From the NCBI GenBank assembly GCA_003345595.1, contig PRDI01000090.1, positions 1-23,520 on the forward strand: a DNA stretch of 23,520 bases. Direction: 5' to 3'. Position 1 is the stretch's first letter. Every line of letters begins with the position of its first letter. Made by a program: the position numbers and the translations under genes. The notes beneath the pieces were generated by a model, which was not told the origin of the DNA, searched no databases, and saw nothing but the letters and a program-made list of their open reading frames with translations. The stretch is from Candidatus Thorarchaeota archaeon. Its GTDB lineage: Archaea; Asgardarchaeota; Thorarchaeia; Thorarchaeales; Thorarchaeaceae. Below are positions 1-9,413 of this stretch, piece after piece.

Positions 1-882
1 GTGAAGGAGCTATATGGCAAGCTCAGACGTGTTGAAACCCGAAGAAGAGGAGTAGTAGCAGTAGGTGCAGTGGCCCACCCCCAATTTGTCTATGAGGCAG
101 TGACCGATGCACAGGCGGGTGCTTTGATACTGCACAAGGAACTCAACAACGGGAAGATTGAGCTGCTAGCGCGTGGCGCAGTGTTGAACGTAGACGATTG
201 TGTTGGCTGCAGTCTCTGTGCACAACAATGCCCCCGTGGTGTTCCGCTGATGGTGGAGCAGACGGAGGCAGAAACAAAGAGCGAAGAGCAGAAGATACTC
301 TTCAAGGCCAAGATTGACACGCTGAACTGCCATGCATGCGGCGTCTGTCAGAGTCTCTGTCCTTCCGCCGCCACACAGCTGAACTTCTTATCCAACGAGC
401 AGCTTTGGTCCGAGATTGAGGGCAACCTAGAGGGCGCTGGACCCGAGTACCCAATAACCATCTGTTTCTACTGTGAGGAATGTTCTGTTTCTACTATTGA
501 CATAGTCGGGACGAGGAGGATGGAGTATTCTCCAAGCACTCGTCTGATTCCTGTCCCTTGTGCTGGCAGGGTCTCAATCGTCGACATCCTGAAGGCATTC
601 GAACACGGAGCGAGCACCGTAATGGTTGCGTCTTGTGAGACAGATCGCTGTCATATGGCTGGTACCGGCAACGAGATAGCGCAGATACAGGTTGATGTTG
701 CTCGTGAGATACTCAACGCCATTGGGTGGCAGGGTGAGCGTGTGGAGATGTTCAGGATGTTCAGCGCCGAGCCTGAGAGATTCACTAACGCAGTAGGGGA
801 GATGGTCCGGCGCGCTAAGGAGCTTGGTCCGACTCCTGTTCATCTCGGGACCGCTGGCAAGTGGGCGGAGGTGCATACATGA
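1..882 (+). CDS. 5'-partial HdrA-like (heterodisulfide reductase A C-terminus) / 2x[4Fe-4S] ferredoxin / MvhD (FlpD) fusion
   Basis: The N-terminus KLRRVETRRRGVVAVGAVAHP resembles the HdrA C-terminal FAD segment (KLRPVET..GIFLAG). Two ferredoxin motifs follow (CVGCSLCAQQCP, CHACGVCQSLCP), then MvhD motifs CEECS, RLIPVPCAGRV, SCETDRCH and ERVEMFRMFSAE. The ORF runs off the window edge. Confidence 0.85.
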   Translation: MKELYGKLRRVETRRRGVVAVGAVAHPQFVYEAVTDAQAGALILHKELNNGKIELLARGAVLNVDDCVGCSLCAQQCPRGVPLMVEQTEAETKSEEQKILFKAKIDTLNCHACGVCQSLCPSAATQLNFLSNEQLWSEIEGNLEGAGPEYPITICFYCEECSVSTIDIVGTRRMEYSPSTRLIPVPCAGRVSIVDILKAFEHGASTVMVASCETDRCHMAGTGNEIAQIQVDVAREILNAIGWQGERVEMFRMFSAEPERFTNAVGEMVRRAKELGPTPVHLGTAGKWAEVHT

Positions 883-3143
883 GCGCCGTTGAAGTGGTCA
901 AGGAGATGGCGCCAAAGCGGCGTCGTATGATGGACATGGTCCTGACGCTTGGTGGGCTCAAGGAGGAGTCTGCCGTACCTGCCAGCAGAATTGCAGTAGA
1001 AATCGAGAACCTCAGACGTGGGATTGGGCCCTTCATCGAGCCCATTGTTGCATTTCCCAGTTCTTACTTTGATGCCTTCTTTGAAACAGCATCGCGGACT
1101 GGGCTGTTAGCACAGATAGCTGAGAAGTCCATCTTGGTCGATGCCATCGCCAACTTTGAGAAGGCTTCTGAGAGAATAGAATCAAAGGGGCTTCTCGGCC
1201 TTCTCGATGCACTGAGATCATCATTAGCGGCAAAGAAACGCAGTGGCGCTGAGAGCCGTCAACCATCGGTGATAGACGTTGATAGCATTCTGAGATCAAT
1301 GCCCGACTTGATTACCAGAATGGAATCCGTAGTCGTGGAGTATGAAGAGAAGGCCAAGTCAAATGCTGTCGGTGCTACTGCCGAGTTGAACACACTCATT
1401 GACTCTCTCTTACAGGCGACTGCCCACATTCAATCAAACCCAGACACGGGCCTTGATGCATTGCAGAAGATTGGGACAAAGACAAGGTATGGTCCGTTCC
1501 TGCGTGCTTCTGCCCAAGTCAAGCGCGGGAGAAGAGAGGGCAGGATTGAGGACTCTCGAGTGCTACAGCTGGTATCAGTGAATATCCTTACAGAACTATA
1601 TCGCGGCATAATTCTGTTCATTCTGAACAGCATGGGGTCGAAGACAGCCGTACAGCTGGCTACTCTGATGAGGGTTTCACCAGAGACCGTGCAATCAGCA
1701 GTCGTGTCCATGATTCAGAGGGGAGAGATTGAGATGGCCGGTCTGGAAGGTGACTCTCCGGTCTTCGCACGGGTGCTTGCAGCTACTCCTGCCACGACAC
1801 TTGTATTGAAGCGAGTCATTCAACAGTTTCGTGGAGTCGTCAGATCACTAAAGGGCAGTACGCAGGACTCCGCCAAGGTCTCCTTGGACAGGCTTGGGCC
1901 CATACTAGAGAAGCTACAGCTGCTTGGTGAGTACGACGAAACAAGGCTCTCAGACAATGTCGACACACTCAGGAAGGCTGTGGACTCGATGACGGAGGGG
2001 GTGCTGCAGTCACAGGGCACAGGGAGCTCAGACGACCTGCGTCTACTTGTGTCTGCAGGCCTCGAAGCTTTCACAAGATTCAGGCTCAAGATAGCTCTGG
2101 AAAAGGGTCCAAAGCTAGTGTCTGAAGCGAACGTATACGGCGAGAAGCTGAACCCTGAAACCTATGACAGGATGGTTGCCACCTACCTCGATAATGAGCT
2201 CGAGCGTGGCATGATACTAGTCCTGATTCGTGATATCGGTGCCATGACTGCCCATGATCTAGCCCGGAAGACACACATCCCCCAGAACCGTGTATTTCAG
2301 CATCTGCTGATATTGAAACGCAACGAACTGCTCACCGCAGTGGGCGAGTCCCATGGATATGTCCTGTATGACGTTCCTCGAACTCCTAACGAGGCTGAAA
2401 TCACAATCAGGACCGTCAGCAGTTTGGCTCCTCAGCTCTCGACTGCAAAGGCCGAGATCAATAGCATACTGAGCGACTTCAAGGCCGCAGACATAGGACG
2501 ACTTGTAGGCTCTCTAGATGCTTTCTCAAAATCATGTGACAAGATGCTGAAGATTCGAGTCGGCGGCCAAGTCGTTGCCGAGTCGGTACTCAAAGGCGTT
2601 GAAGAGAAGATCAAGTCCGCCGTTCTTCTGGCCTATCGTGCTCGTGCCAAGATTCCCAGCACAAAACCCAAGGTCACTGTAGACGACTTGGTGGAAGTGG
2701 ATGTACCGTCAGTCCTAGATGAATACCGTGATATGATGGGATACGCCCCGCTTCTGGGGTTCGGCACAATAGACTGGGAGCCTTCAAGGTGCCTTGGATG
2801 CAAGTCCTGTCAGATTTCATGTCCTGAACACGCAATCGAGCTGAAGCCCAATATTGATGTCTCCAGCTACTTTGACTTCCCTGAGGACGCACTTCAGAAG
2901 CTTCCAGTCAACAAGGCTCTGTTCTATAGAACAGTCCGTAGTCTGGCAGTTGCACGACCGACAACAAGTATCCCGCTGAAGAAGGATGCTCCCGGCTTTG
3001 GCAAGGTCGAAACCGATCTCTGGCTCTGTGTGGCTTGTCGGACCTGTGTCAGACGCTGCCCTGGCCCTGAAGGCGGCGCACTTGAGCTGGATCTGAAGTG
3101 GAGCCTGCCTGAGGTCGTCAAGCAAATGACGGCCAAAGCTTGA
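879..3143 (+). CDS. Large helical protein with two winged-helix-like modules and a C-terminal 2x[4Fe-4S] ferredoxin domain
   Basis: ATG at 879 overlaps the upstream stop (ATGA) and follows GGAGGTG. wHTH-like segments: ILFILNSMGSKTAVQLATLMRVSPETVQSAVVSMIQRGEI and ILVLIRDIGAMTAHDLARKTHIPQNRVFQHLLILKRNELL. Fe-S motifs: CLGCKSCQISCP and CVACRTCVRRCP. Confidence 0.8.
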   Translation: MSAVEVVKEMAPKRRRMMDMVLTLGGLKEESAVPASRIAVEIENLRRGIGPFIEPIVAFPSSYFDAFFETASRTGLLAQIAEKSILVDAIANFEKASERIESKGLLGLLDALRSSLAAKKRSGAESRQPSVIDVDSILRSMPDLITRMESVVVEYEEKAKSNAVGATAELNTLIDSLLQATAHIQSNPDTGLDALQKIGTKTRYGPFLRASAQVKRGRREGRIEDSRVLQLVSVNILTELYRGIILFILNSMGSKTAVQLATLMRVSPETVQSAVVSMIQRGEIEMAGLEGDSPVFARVLAATPATTLVLKRVIQQFRGVVRSLKGSTQDSAKVSLDRLGPILEKLQLLGEYDETRLSDNVDTLRKAVDSMTEGVLQSQGTGSSDDLRLLVSAGLEAFTRFRLKIALEKGPKLVSEANVYGEKLNPETYDRMVATYLDNELERGMILVLIRDIGAMTAHDLARKTHIPQNRVFQHLLILKRNELLTAVGESHGYVLYDVPRTPNEAEITIRTVSSLAPQLSTAKAEINSILSDFKAADIGRLVGSLDAFSKSCDKMLKIRVGGQVVAESVLKGVEEKIKSAVLLAYRARAKIPSTKPKVTVDDLVEVDVPSVLDEYRDMMGYAPLLGFGTIDWEPSRCLGCKSCQISCPEHAIELKPNIDVSSYFDFPEDALQKLPVNKALFYRTVRSLAVARPTTSIPLKKDAPGFGKVETDLWLCVACRTCVRRCPGPEGGALELDLKWSLPEVVKQMTAKA

Positions 3144-3231
3144 TTGGTTATATTGGAATGCTGTCACTTCGTAATTGACTTATACCTCCACAGTCTGTCC
3201 AACAACAAGCACAGTAGCTGGAGGAGCAGAC

Positions 3232-4431
3232 ATGATAGACTTCACGCTCACCAATGAACAGATCACGCTGCAGAAGAAGGCGAGAGAATTCGCTCAGAAG
3301 TATATGATTCCCTATGCCCATTACTACGACAAGACTGGCGAGTTTCCACTGCCAATAATCAAGAAGTGCTGGCAAGAAGGTCTCATGAACTTGAGCATAC
3401 CTAAGGAGTATGGGGGTCCTGCTCTAGGAGTCGTTGACATGTGTCTAGTTGTCGAGGAGATGGCTGCTGGGTGCGCAGGCATGACTACGAGCATCTATGC
3501 GAATTCGTTGGGTGCAGAACCGATACTCGTGGCAGGTACCAATGAACAGAAAGAGAAGTATCTCAGGCCGCTCACGAAAGACCTGAAGTTCATTGCCTTT
3601 GCATGTTCAGAACCTGGAATGGGGAGTGATGTAGCCGGTATCCAGACCAAGGTCAGAAAGGATGGTGATAACTACGTCCTGAACGGCGCCAAGTTCTGGA
3701 TAACAAATGCACCATATGCTGACACCTTTACCGTCATTGCCAGCCTTGACCCGAGCCAGCGACACAAGGCCCTGTGTGCATTCATTGTTGATGCCGACAC
3801 ACCAGGAGTGAAGACGGGTAAACCCGTTGAGAAAATGGGCCATCGCGCTTCTGTGACCTCATCTGTCATGTTCAAGGAAGCGAAAGTTCCTGCAGAGAAT
3901 CTACTGGGGTCTGAGGGAACGGGGTTTCTAACTGCAATGGCCACATTCGCTATGACGCGGCCTGCAATTGCAGCGTTTTCGACAGGTCTCGCGAGAGCAG
4001 CTATGGAGTATGCGCGCGAATACGTCAACAAGAGAGAGGCATTCGGGGAGAAGCTGCGCAAGTTTGAGGTTATCCAGTTCAAGCTAGCTGAGATGTACAT
4101 GAAGATTGAGGCATCAAGGCTGCTTTATCTCAAAGCTGCGTGGGAGGCGGACACAAGCGGCGATTCCACTGTTCCTGCAAGTGTGGCCAAGGCCTATGCC
4201 ACAGATGCAGCAATGTGGGTTGCCAGTGAGGCAGTACAGGTCCATGGAGGATATGGTTACATCGACCAGTATCCGCTGGAGAAGCTCTTTCGCGATGCCA
4301 AGCTCTACCAGATATACGAGGGCACCAGCGAGATACAGCGGCTCATACTTGGTCGCCACGTCCTAGATGGCTACGACCCAGCCATGGAGAAGGTTCCCGG
4401 GTGGGGATCCATGACCCCGCCGGACTTCTAG
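3232..4431 (+). CDS. Acyl-CoA dehydrogenase
   Basis: GGAGGAG RBS before ATG 3232. Motifs: MIDFTLTNEQ, FACSEPGMGSD, LNGAKFWITNA, KMGHRAS, REAFG, VQVHGGYGY, FRDAKLYQIYEGTSEIQR. Confidence 0.95.
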   Translation: MIDFTLTNEQITLQKKAREFAQKYMIPYAHYYDKTGEFPLPIIKKCWQEGLMNLSIPKEYGGPALGVVDMCLVVEEMAAGCAGMTTSIYANSLGAEPILVAGTNEQKEKYLRPLTKDLKFIAFACSEPGMGSDVAGIQTKVRKDGDNYVLNGAKFWITNAPYADTFTVIASLDPSQRHKALCAFIVDADTPGVKTGKPVEKMGHRASVTSSVMFKEAKVPAENLLGSEGTGFLTAMATFAMTRPAIAAFSTGLARAAMEYAREYVNKREAFGEKLRKFEVIQFKLAEMYMKIEASRLLYLKAAWEADTSGDSTVPASVAKAYATDAAMWVASEAVQVHGGYGYIDQYPLEKLFRDAKLYQIYEGTSEIQRLILGRHVLDGYDPAMEKVPGWGSMTPPDF

Positions 4432-4460
4432 AGAGAAATACCACTGCATTCGTTCTCTCT
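4430..4460. terminator. Inverted repeat between convergent genes (possible terminator hairpin)
   Basis: agagagaa (4430-4437) / ttctctct (4453-4460), right after the acyl-CoA dehydrogenase stop. Confidence 0.35.
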
Positions 4461-4532
4461 TCACATAGTCATGCAAACCGTGTCACTGGACTGATGTGGG
4501 CTCTTGCACCGTGATAGGTCCTGATACAGTTC

Positions 4533-4964
4533 CTAGATTTCCGGCGGCTTGATGCCCGCAGATGACATGAGCATGAATATCTGTCCTCGATGATGTATCT
4601 GCTCCGTCAATACATTCCATAGAGCATCTCCATAAGTCCGCGGGCGCCCCGCGAACTCCCTTGTCTTAGACATGAAGTCGACGGTTTCATGGGCAAGAAG
4701 ATCCTCTAGGATGCGTTTCTGGTTCTGGACAGTAACTAGCATTCTATCCAACTTTTTCTGGGTTTCTTTCTCACTTTTGCCCCCTAATATGAACTCAACA
4801 AGATCACGGTTGAAGACATCAATGACATGCACCAATATCTCGCGAATAGACCTAGCCTTCTCTGAGCACCTGTAGTCAGCCGTCTTCTCATTCAGTCGCT
4901 GAATCGCATCTTCAAGCGTACCAAACACTTCTCCCCAGTAGGGGAACATGCTCTTCAGGTCCAT
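4533..4964 (-). CDS. DinB/DUF664-family four-helix protein
   Basis: SIREILVHV and LTEQIHHRGQIFMLM...GIKPP are typical DinB metal-binding motifs. Start uncertain (4964 or 4976). Confidence 0.8.
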   Translation of the reverse strand: MDLKSMFPYWGEVFGTLEDAIQRLNEKTADYRCSEKARSIREILVHVIDVFNRDLVEFILGGKSEKETQKKLDRMLVTVQNQKRILEDLLAHETVDFMSKTREFAGRPRTYGDALWNVLTEQIHHRGQIFMLMSSAGIKPPEI

Positions 4965-5055
4965 ATCTTCGCACATTGCAGTGACCAATCTGCTTACATC
5001 GTGTTTGCTGAAGAACGATTCGCTCGCGTTCTGCGGTCATCAAGGGGAAAGCGCT

Positions 5056-5871
5056 GTGCCCGAACTACCAGACATTGTCGTTCTTGCAGAAAGCATGGAC
5101 AAGGCTCTGAGAAACAGACTGATTGAGGATGTCACAGTCAATCAGCCCAAGTGTCTCAATGTAAGTGTGCGAAGGTTCGCAAATCAGGTGAGGGGCCGTC
5201 GCTTCGAGCGTTCCAGTCCGCGTGGCAAGTGGGTGCTGTCAGACTTGGACACGAAATGGACGTTAGCCTTCAATTTGGGGATGGGCGGGGAAATCAGATT
5301 ACACACTAAGAACGAGGAGCCAGAAACAAAGAGGGAGAGGGTGGTTCTCCGGCTTGATGATGGGCAACAGGTTTGGATTCATCACTGGTGGTTCGGTCAT
5401 GTACATCTCGTTCCAAAAGGGCACCTTGGTTCTCACCCTCAGATAGGGCGTCTGGGTCAGGAACCGCTAGCCGATGGTTTCACAGCAGACATCCTCCATC
5501 ACATGCTTGAAGGAAGACGTGGTTGGATCAAGAAGTACTTGCTCGACCAGAGTTTCATCGCAGGGATAGGAAACGTCTACATTCAGGACGTGCTCTGGTA
5601 CGCACGACTGCATCCAAAGAGGAGTGCAGGCTCTCTCACACGACCGGAAGTCGAAGGCCTCCATCAAGCAATCCAACGTGTCTTGAACGAGGGGATCAGC
5701 TACGGAGGAGGACCGGGAGAGCAGGATATCTGGGGCAACAAGGGGCGATATCAGGAGCACTTCATGGTTGGCTACAGAACCGGCAAAGCGTGTCCTGAGT
5801 GCGGAACCCCTGTAGAGGAGCTACGTGTCGGTTCGACGACCAGCTACATCTGTCCAAAGTGTCAGATCTAG
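5056..5871 (+). CDS. Fpg/Nei (MutM-like) DNA glycosylase/AP lyase
   Basis: GTG start gives the catalytic N-terminal PELPD. Also RGKW, LGMGG, the H2TH motif LLDQSFIAGIGNVY and the zinc finger CPECG...CPKCQ. Confidence 0.92.
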   Translation: MPELPDIVVLAESMDKALRNRLIEDVTVNQPKCLNVSVRRFANQVRGRRFERSSPRGKWVLSDLDTKWTLAFNLGMGGEIRLHTKNEEPETKRERVVLRLDDGQQVWIHHWWFGHVHLVPKGHLGSHPQIGRLGQEPLADGFTADILHHMLEGRRGWIKKYLLDQSFIAGIGNVYIQDVLWYARLHPKRSAGSLTRPEVEGLHQAIQRVLNEGISYGGGPGEQDIWGNKGRYQEHFMVGYRTGKACPECGTPVEELRVGSTTSYICPKCQI

Positions 5872-5985
5872 TGCTTACACTCTGGTCTTGTGGCGCTCCG
5901 CACTGGTTGTCCAGTACACAAACACTGTCCCGACAATGCAGATTTATGCAAGTCTAGGCGAGAAATCCAGAAGGTGATGGTTTTC

Positions 5986-6378
5986 ATGCTGATTAAGCAT
6001 CTACGGGAGTGCGCTGAGATCACCGCCATAGATGACACTCGTCTGCGCGAGCTTCTGAATCCACTACACGACAAGCGCGACGCGAAGCTGGGATACAGTC
6101 TTGCTCACGCCACTGTCAAATCGAAGAGAAGCACACTGCCGCATCGAATCAAAACGTCGTCCGAAGTGTACTATCTGTTGAAGGGACGCGGCATCATGCA
6201 CATTGATGATAAGACTGCGGAAACAGGCCCGGGTGATACAGTGTACATTCCCCCGGGTTCGGTCCAATACATAGAAAACACCGGGAACGAAGATCTATCT
6301 TTCCTATGCATAGTCTACCCGAGCTGGCGGGCAGAGGACGAGGAAGTGGTGCAGGTCACGGCAAAACCGCACCGCTAG
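5986..6378 (+). CDS. Cupin domain protein
   Basis: AAGGTGA RBS before ATG 5986. Motifs: YSLAHA, PHR..SSEVYYLLKGRGIMHID, GDTVYIPPGSVQYIENTG..LSFLCIV.P.W. Confidence 0.88.
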   Translation: MLIKHLRECAEITAIDDTRLRELLNPLHDKRDAKLGYSLAHATVKSKRSTLPHRIKTSSEVYYLLKGRGIMHIDDKTAETGPGDTVYIPPGSVQYIENTGNEDLSFLCIVYPSWRAEDEEVVQVTAKPHR

Positions 6379-6486
6379 TAGAAGTGTTCATTCGGCTTCT
6401 TGTTTTGTTGCAGACAGCGCTTGTCTTTGAGCTCGTCCGAGAGCATCCTTCTAGAAGACGCTCTCAGACGATACATGAGAAGCGGC

Positions 6487-7677
6487 TCACTTCACTTTCT
6501 GGGCGAACTCCTTGCCCCACTCGTAAGCCTTGTCCAGTTCCTCTTTCGTAGGCACCCACTTGACCGTAAACGGCTCCATGATCACTTGCATCTTGCCCCG
6601 TTCCATGGCCTCTTGGATCTTCTTGACGGCACCGCCGCTCCAGCCATAGGAGCCGAATGCCGCACATTTCTTGCCTTCGGGTTTTAGGACTTCGAGATCG
6701 GACAGTATAGGGGCAACAGTGGGCAGAATCTCGTTATGGAGAGTGGAGCTACCCACCAGGATACCCTTTGCCTCAAGCAACTCAGCCATTGTGTCACTAC
6801 GATCACTGTGCGGGATTAGCCGAAGCAGAGGTGTCAGGCCCTCATCCCTGATTCCTTCAGCTATGGCTCTGGCAAGCTTTGTCGTGCTCTGCCACATGGT
6901 GTCCCATGTGATCACTACCTTGTCTGTGGTCCGTTCACCCTTTGCCCACTGGAGGTACCTAGTCACGATCTGAAGCGGGTCCTTTCGCCAGATGAGACCA
7001 TGTGACGGTGCTATGATCTTGATTGGAAGCTTGAGCTCGAGCACTTCCTCAATCTTCCTCTGGACCTGTCTGCTCAGAGGCCACAGGATATTCGCATAGT
7101 ACTTCTCAGCCTCCCTCCAGAGCACGTACTGGTCCACCTCGTCCGCGTACCGCTCCTCTGAGGCATAGTGCTGGCCAAACGCATCATTAGGCATCAGCAG
7201 CTGCTCTTCAACATAGTAAGTGAACATGCTCTCTGGCCAGTGAAGCATCGGGGCCTCATAGAACCGCAGAGTCTTTCCTCCAAGGTTGATCTCATCCCCT
7301 GTCTTCACAGTCTGAATCTTCCACCCGTCCCGGTAGTGCTTCTTCAGCGCATCAATCGCCCTTGCAGTACACACGAGGGTGGCGTTTGGCACTCTCCTCA
7401 GCACTTCTGGAACTGCGCCCGAGTGGTCTGTCTCCGTATGGTTCGAAATCATGTAGTCAATCTTCTGAAGGTCAACTATCCTTGATATCCTGTCAAACAT
7501 CTCCTCGGCAAATGGTCCGTAGACAGCATCTACAAGTGCAATCTTCTTGCCGACCACCAAGTATGCGTTGTACGTGGTACCATGGTGCACTGTGTAACTG
7601 TAACCGTGAAAGTTGCGTATATCATGGTCTATTGCTCCGACCCAATAGACTCCCTTCATTATCTCGAAAGGTTTCAT
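6487..7677 (-). CDS. fprA: FprA-type flavodiiron protein (O2/NO reductase)
   Basis: GTTYNAYLV, NHTETDHSG, PMLHWPESM, NDAFGQH, IAPSHG, and a flavodoxin domain (TMWQST, AFGSYGWSGGAV). Confidence 0.95.
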   Translation of the reverse strand: MKPFEIMKGVYWVGAIDHDIRNFHGYSYTVHHGTTYNAYLVVGKKIALVDAVYGPFAEEMFDRISRIVDLQKIDYMISNHTETDHSGAVPEVLRRVPNATLVCTARAIDALKKHYRDGWKIQTVKTGDEINLGGKTLRFYEAPMLHWPESMFTYYVEEQLLMPNDAFGQHYASEERYADEVDQYVLWREAEKYYANILWPLSRQVQRKIEEVLELKLPIKIIAPSHGLIWRKDPLQIVTRYLQWAKGERTTDKVVITWDTMWQSTTKLARAIAEGIRDEGLTPLLRLIPHSDRSDTMAELLEAKGILVGSSTLHNEILPTVAPILSDLEVLKPEGKKCAAFGSYGWSGGAVKKIQEAMERGKMQVIMEPFTVKWVPTKEELDKAYEWGKEFAQKVK

Positions 7678-7791
7678 TCTGGGATTCCTCGAGTGATGTT
7701 ATACTCACTTCAAAATAAACCAGACAGTTCGGGCAGAGAATCAGGGGGACTGTTAGCACGCATCTTTGAATGGTCTTGGCCTGTCCGGGAA

Positions 7792-8616
7792 TCATTCTGT
7801 GAACTTCACGACTCGAACGAGCCACTCTTCTACGAGAGCGTTGAACAGATCGCTCTGTTCAATCTGCAGATTATGTCCCGCTAAATCTAGGACGGCAAAC
7901 GATCCTCGGGGGTAGCTCGCGAGTATGCCCCATGCATCCTGATACCCCACTGTGGAGTCCTGCCGCCCAACGACAATCAGCGTCGGTGCATGGAATGTTC
8001 CCACAGCCTCATCAACATCGAAGGAGAAACCGTAGGCTTCTGCTCTTATCTTGTCCACGAATGATTTGTTTGCGCTTCTCAAACCGAGAAGTATCTCTTT
8101 CTGGAACCGTTGCCAAATCCATGGTTCTTCAACAACAGCAATCGACCCAAACTCGCTTGCATCTTCCGGTTTCAGACTAGACATCAGGGTTGGATCATTG
8201 ACGAGTGTTATTTGGGGCGGCACAACACGTTTCTGCGCGTCAGCGACAATCAGAGGGCATATGAGAAGCAGTCCGTCAACCAAATCGCGTTTGCGGGAAA
8301 CCACCCCTCTCGCAATGTATGCACCATAGGACTCGCCAGCCAGTGCAAATCGTTGTCCTGGTATAACTGCATCAATGAACTCAAGAACGACCTCTAGCAT
8401 CTGGTCCGAGCTGGAAATCCAGTCCGCGGCCTGCGATTTTCCCATCCCTGGCAAATCAAAGTATATCCGTTTCCAAACTCCACCGAATCCGGCTACAGGC
8501 TCCATGCAGCCTATCATCACGCGACGGTCGAGAGGGAATCCATGTATACTGATGAGAGGTCTTCCCTTGCCGTGGATCTCGTAGTCAATCGTGACATTCT
8601 CAAGCCTGCACTGCAT
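7792..8616 (-). CDS. Alpha/beta hydrolase
   Basis: IHGFPLD, YFDLPGMGKS, nucleophile elbow GESYG, PTLIVVGRQD, AGHNLQIEQ. Start at ATG 8616. Confidence 0.92.
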   Translation of the reverse strand: MQCRLENVTIDYEIHGKGRPLISIHGFPLDRRVMIGCMEPVAGFGGVWKRIYFDLPGMGKSQAADWISSSDQMLEVVLEFIDAVIPGQRFALAGESYGAYIARGVVSRKRDLVDGLLLICPLIVADAQKRVVPPQITLVNDPTLMSSLKPEDASEFGSIAVVEEPWIWQRFQKEILLGLRSANKSFVDKIRAEAYGFSFDVDEAVGTFHAPTLIVVGRQDSTVGYQDAWGILASYPRGSFAVLDLAGHNLQIEQSDLFNALVEEWLVRVVKFTE

Positions 8617-8858
8617 CCTTCTAGCCCCATTCGCTTTCCGCAATTGCGTGAGCCGTGATATGTGCCTGCTGGTCGTTTCAGATATGGTGGTATGGTATAT
8701 TAGGCAATATGAGTTACCGAAACACAACTGGTGGTCTGCGGGCTCTGGGGGATTGTATGAAACTCGGCGCCAACAGGTCTTGTTGAAGCGCAAGGACTTG
8801 CACGTCCGCCAGTCTTATCTTAGAGAAGTAATACAGTATCGGATTTGAAGGTGAAACT

Positions 8859-9413
8859 ATGCCCCCACACTGTGACACTATGGACGGACCTGTGGTCAAA
8901 GCTGCGAAGATGGCCCTTGAGAAGGGCAATGCGAATCTGATTCTGCCATGGGCACCAGAGAAACATGAAACCGAGATCAAAAAAGCGTTTGAAAGAACGC
9001 TCCGGGTCAGAAAACTTGGAAAAGACGCTGCAGAACTTGCAGACTACTGGTTCTATGAAACAGTCGTTCGTTTGCACCGAGAGGGAGAAGGTGCTCCCTA
9101 TACAGGACTTAAGCCGGCAGGACTTGACTGGGGACCGGTTGTACCAAGAGCGGAGAAGGCCATTGAACAGGGCAATGCAAAGGAAGTCATAGCATTTCTG
9201 ACACACACCGTGGAAGAGGAGCTGCAGGAGCGGTTCAAGCATGCCCTAGCCAAGAAGAGCTACACTGTGGACGACGTGCGTACAGCAAGAGAGTTTGTGC
9301 ATGCATACTTGGGTTTCGTTCTCTACTCCCAGCACCTGTATACCAGCATCAAGGGTGGCGGTGAGCACGGTGAGGAAGGAGAGGAAACCGGCGGGCACGA
9401 ACACAAACACTAG
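8859..9413 (+). CDS. DUF6448-like protein with N-terminal HCD motif and His/Glu-rich tail
   Basis: GAAGGTGA RBS. Motifs HCDTMDGPVV and FYETVVRLHREGEGAPYTGLKPAG. Tail GGGEHGEEGEETGGHEHKH. Confidence 0.8.
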   Translation: MPPHCDTMDGPVVKAAKMALEKGNANLILPWAPEKHETEIKKAFERTLRVRKLGKDAAELADYWFYETVVRLHREGEGAPYTGLKPAGLDWGPVVPRAEKAIEQGNAKEVIAFLTHTVEEELQERFKHALAKKSYTVDDVRTAREFVHAYLGFVLYSQHLYTSIKGGGEHGEEGEETGGHEHKH

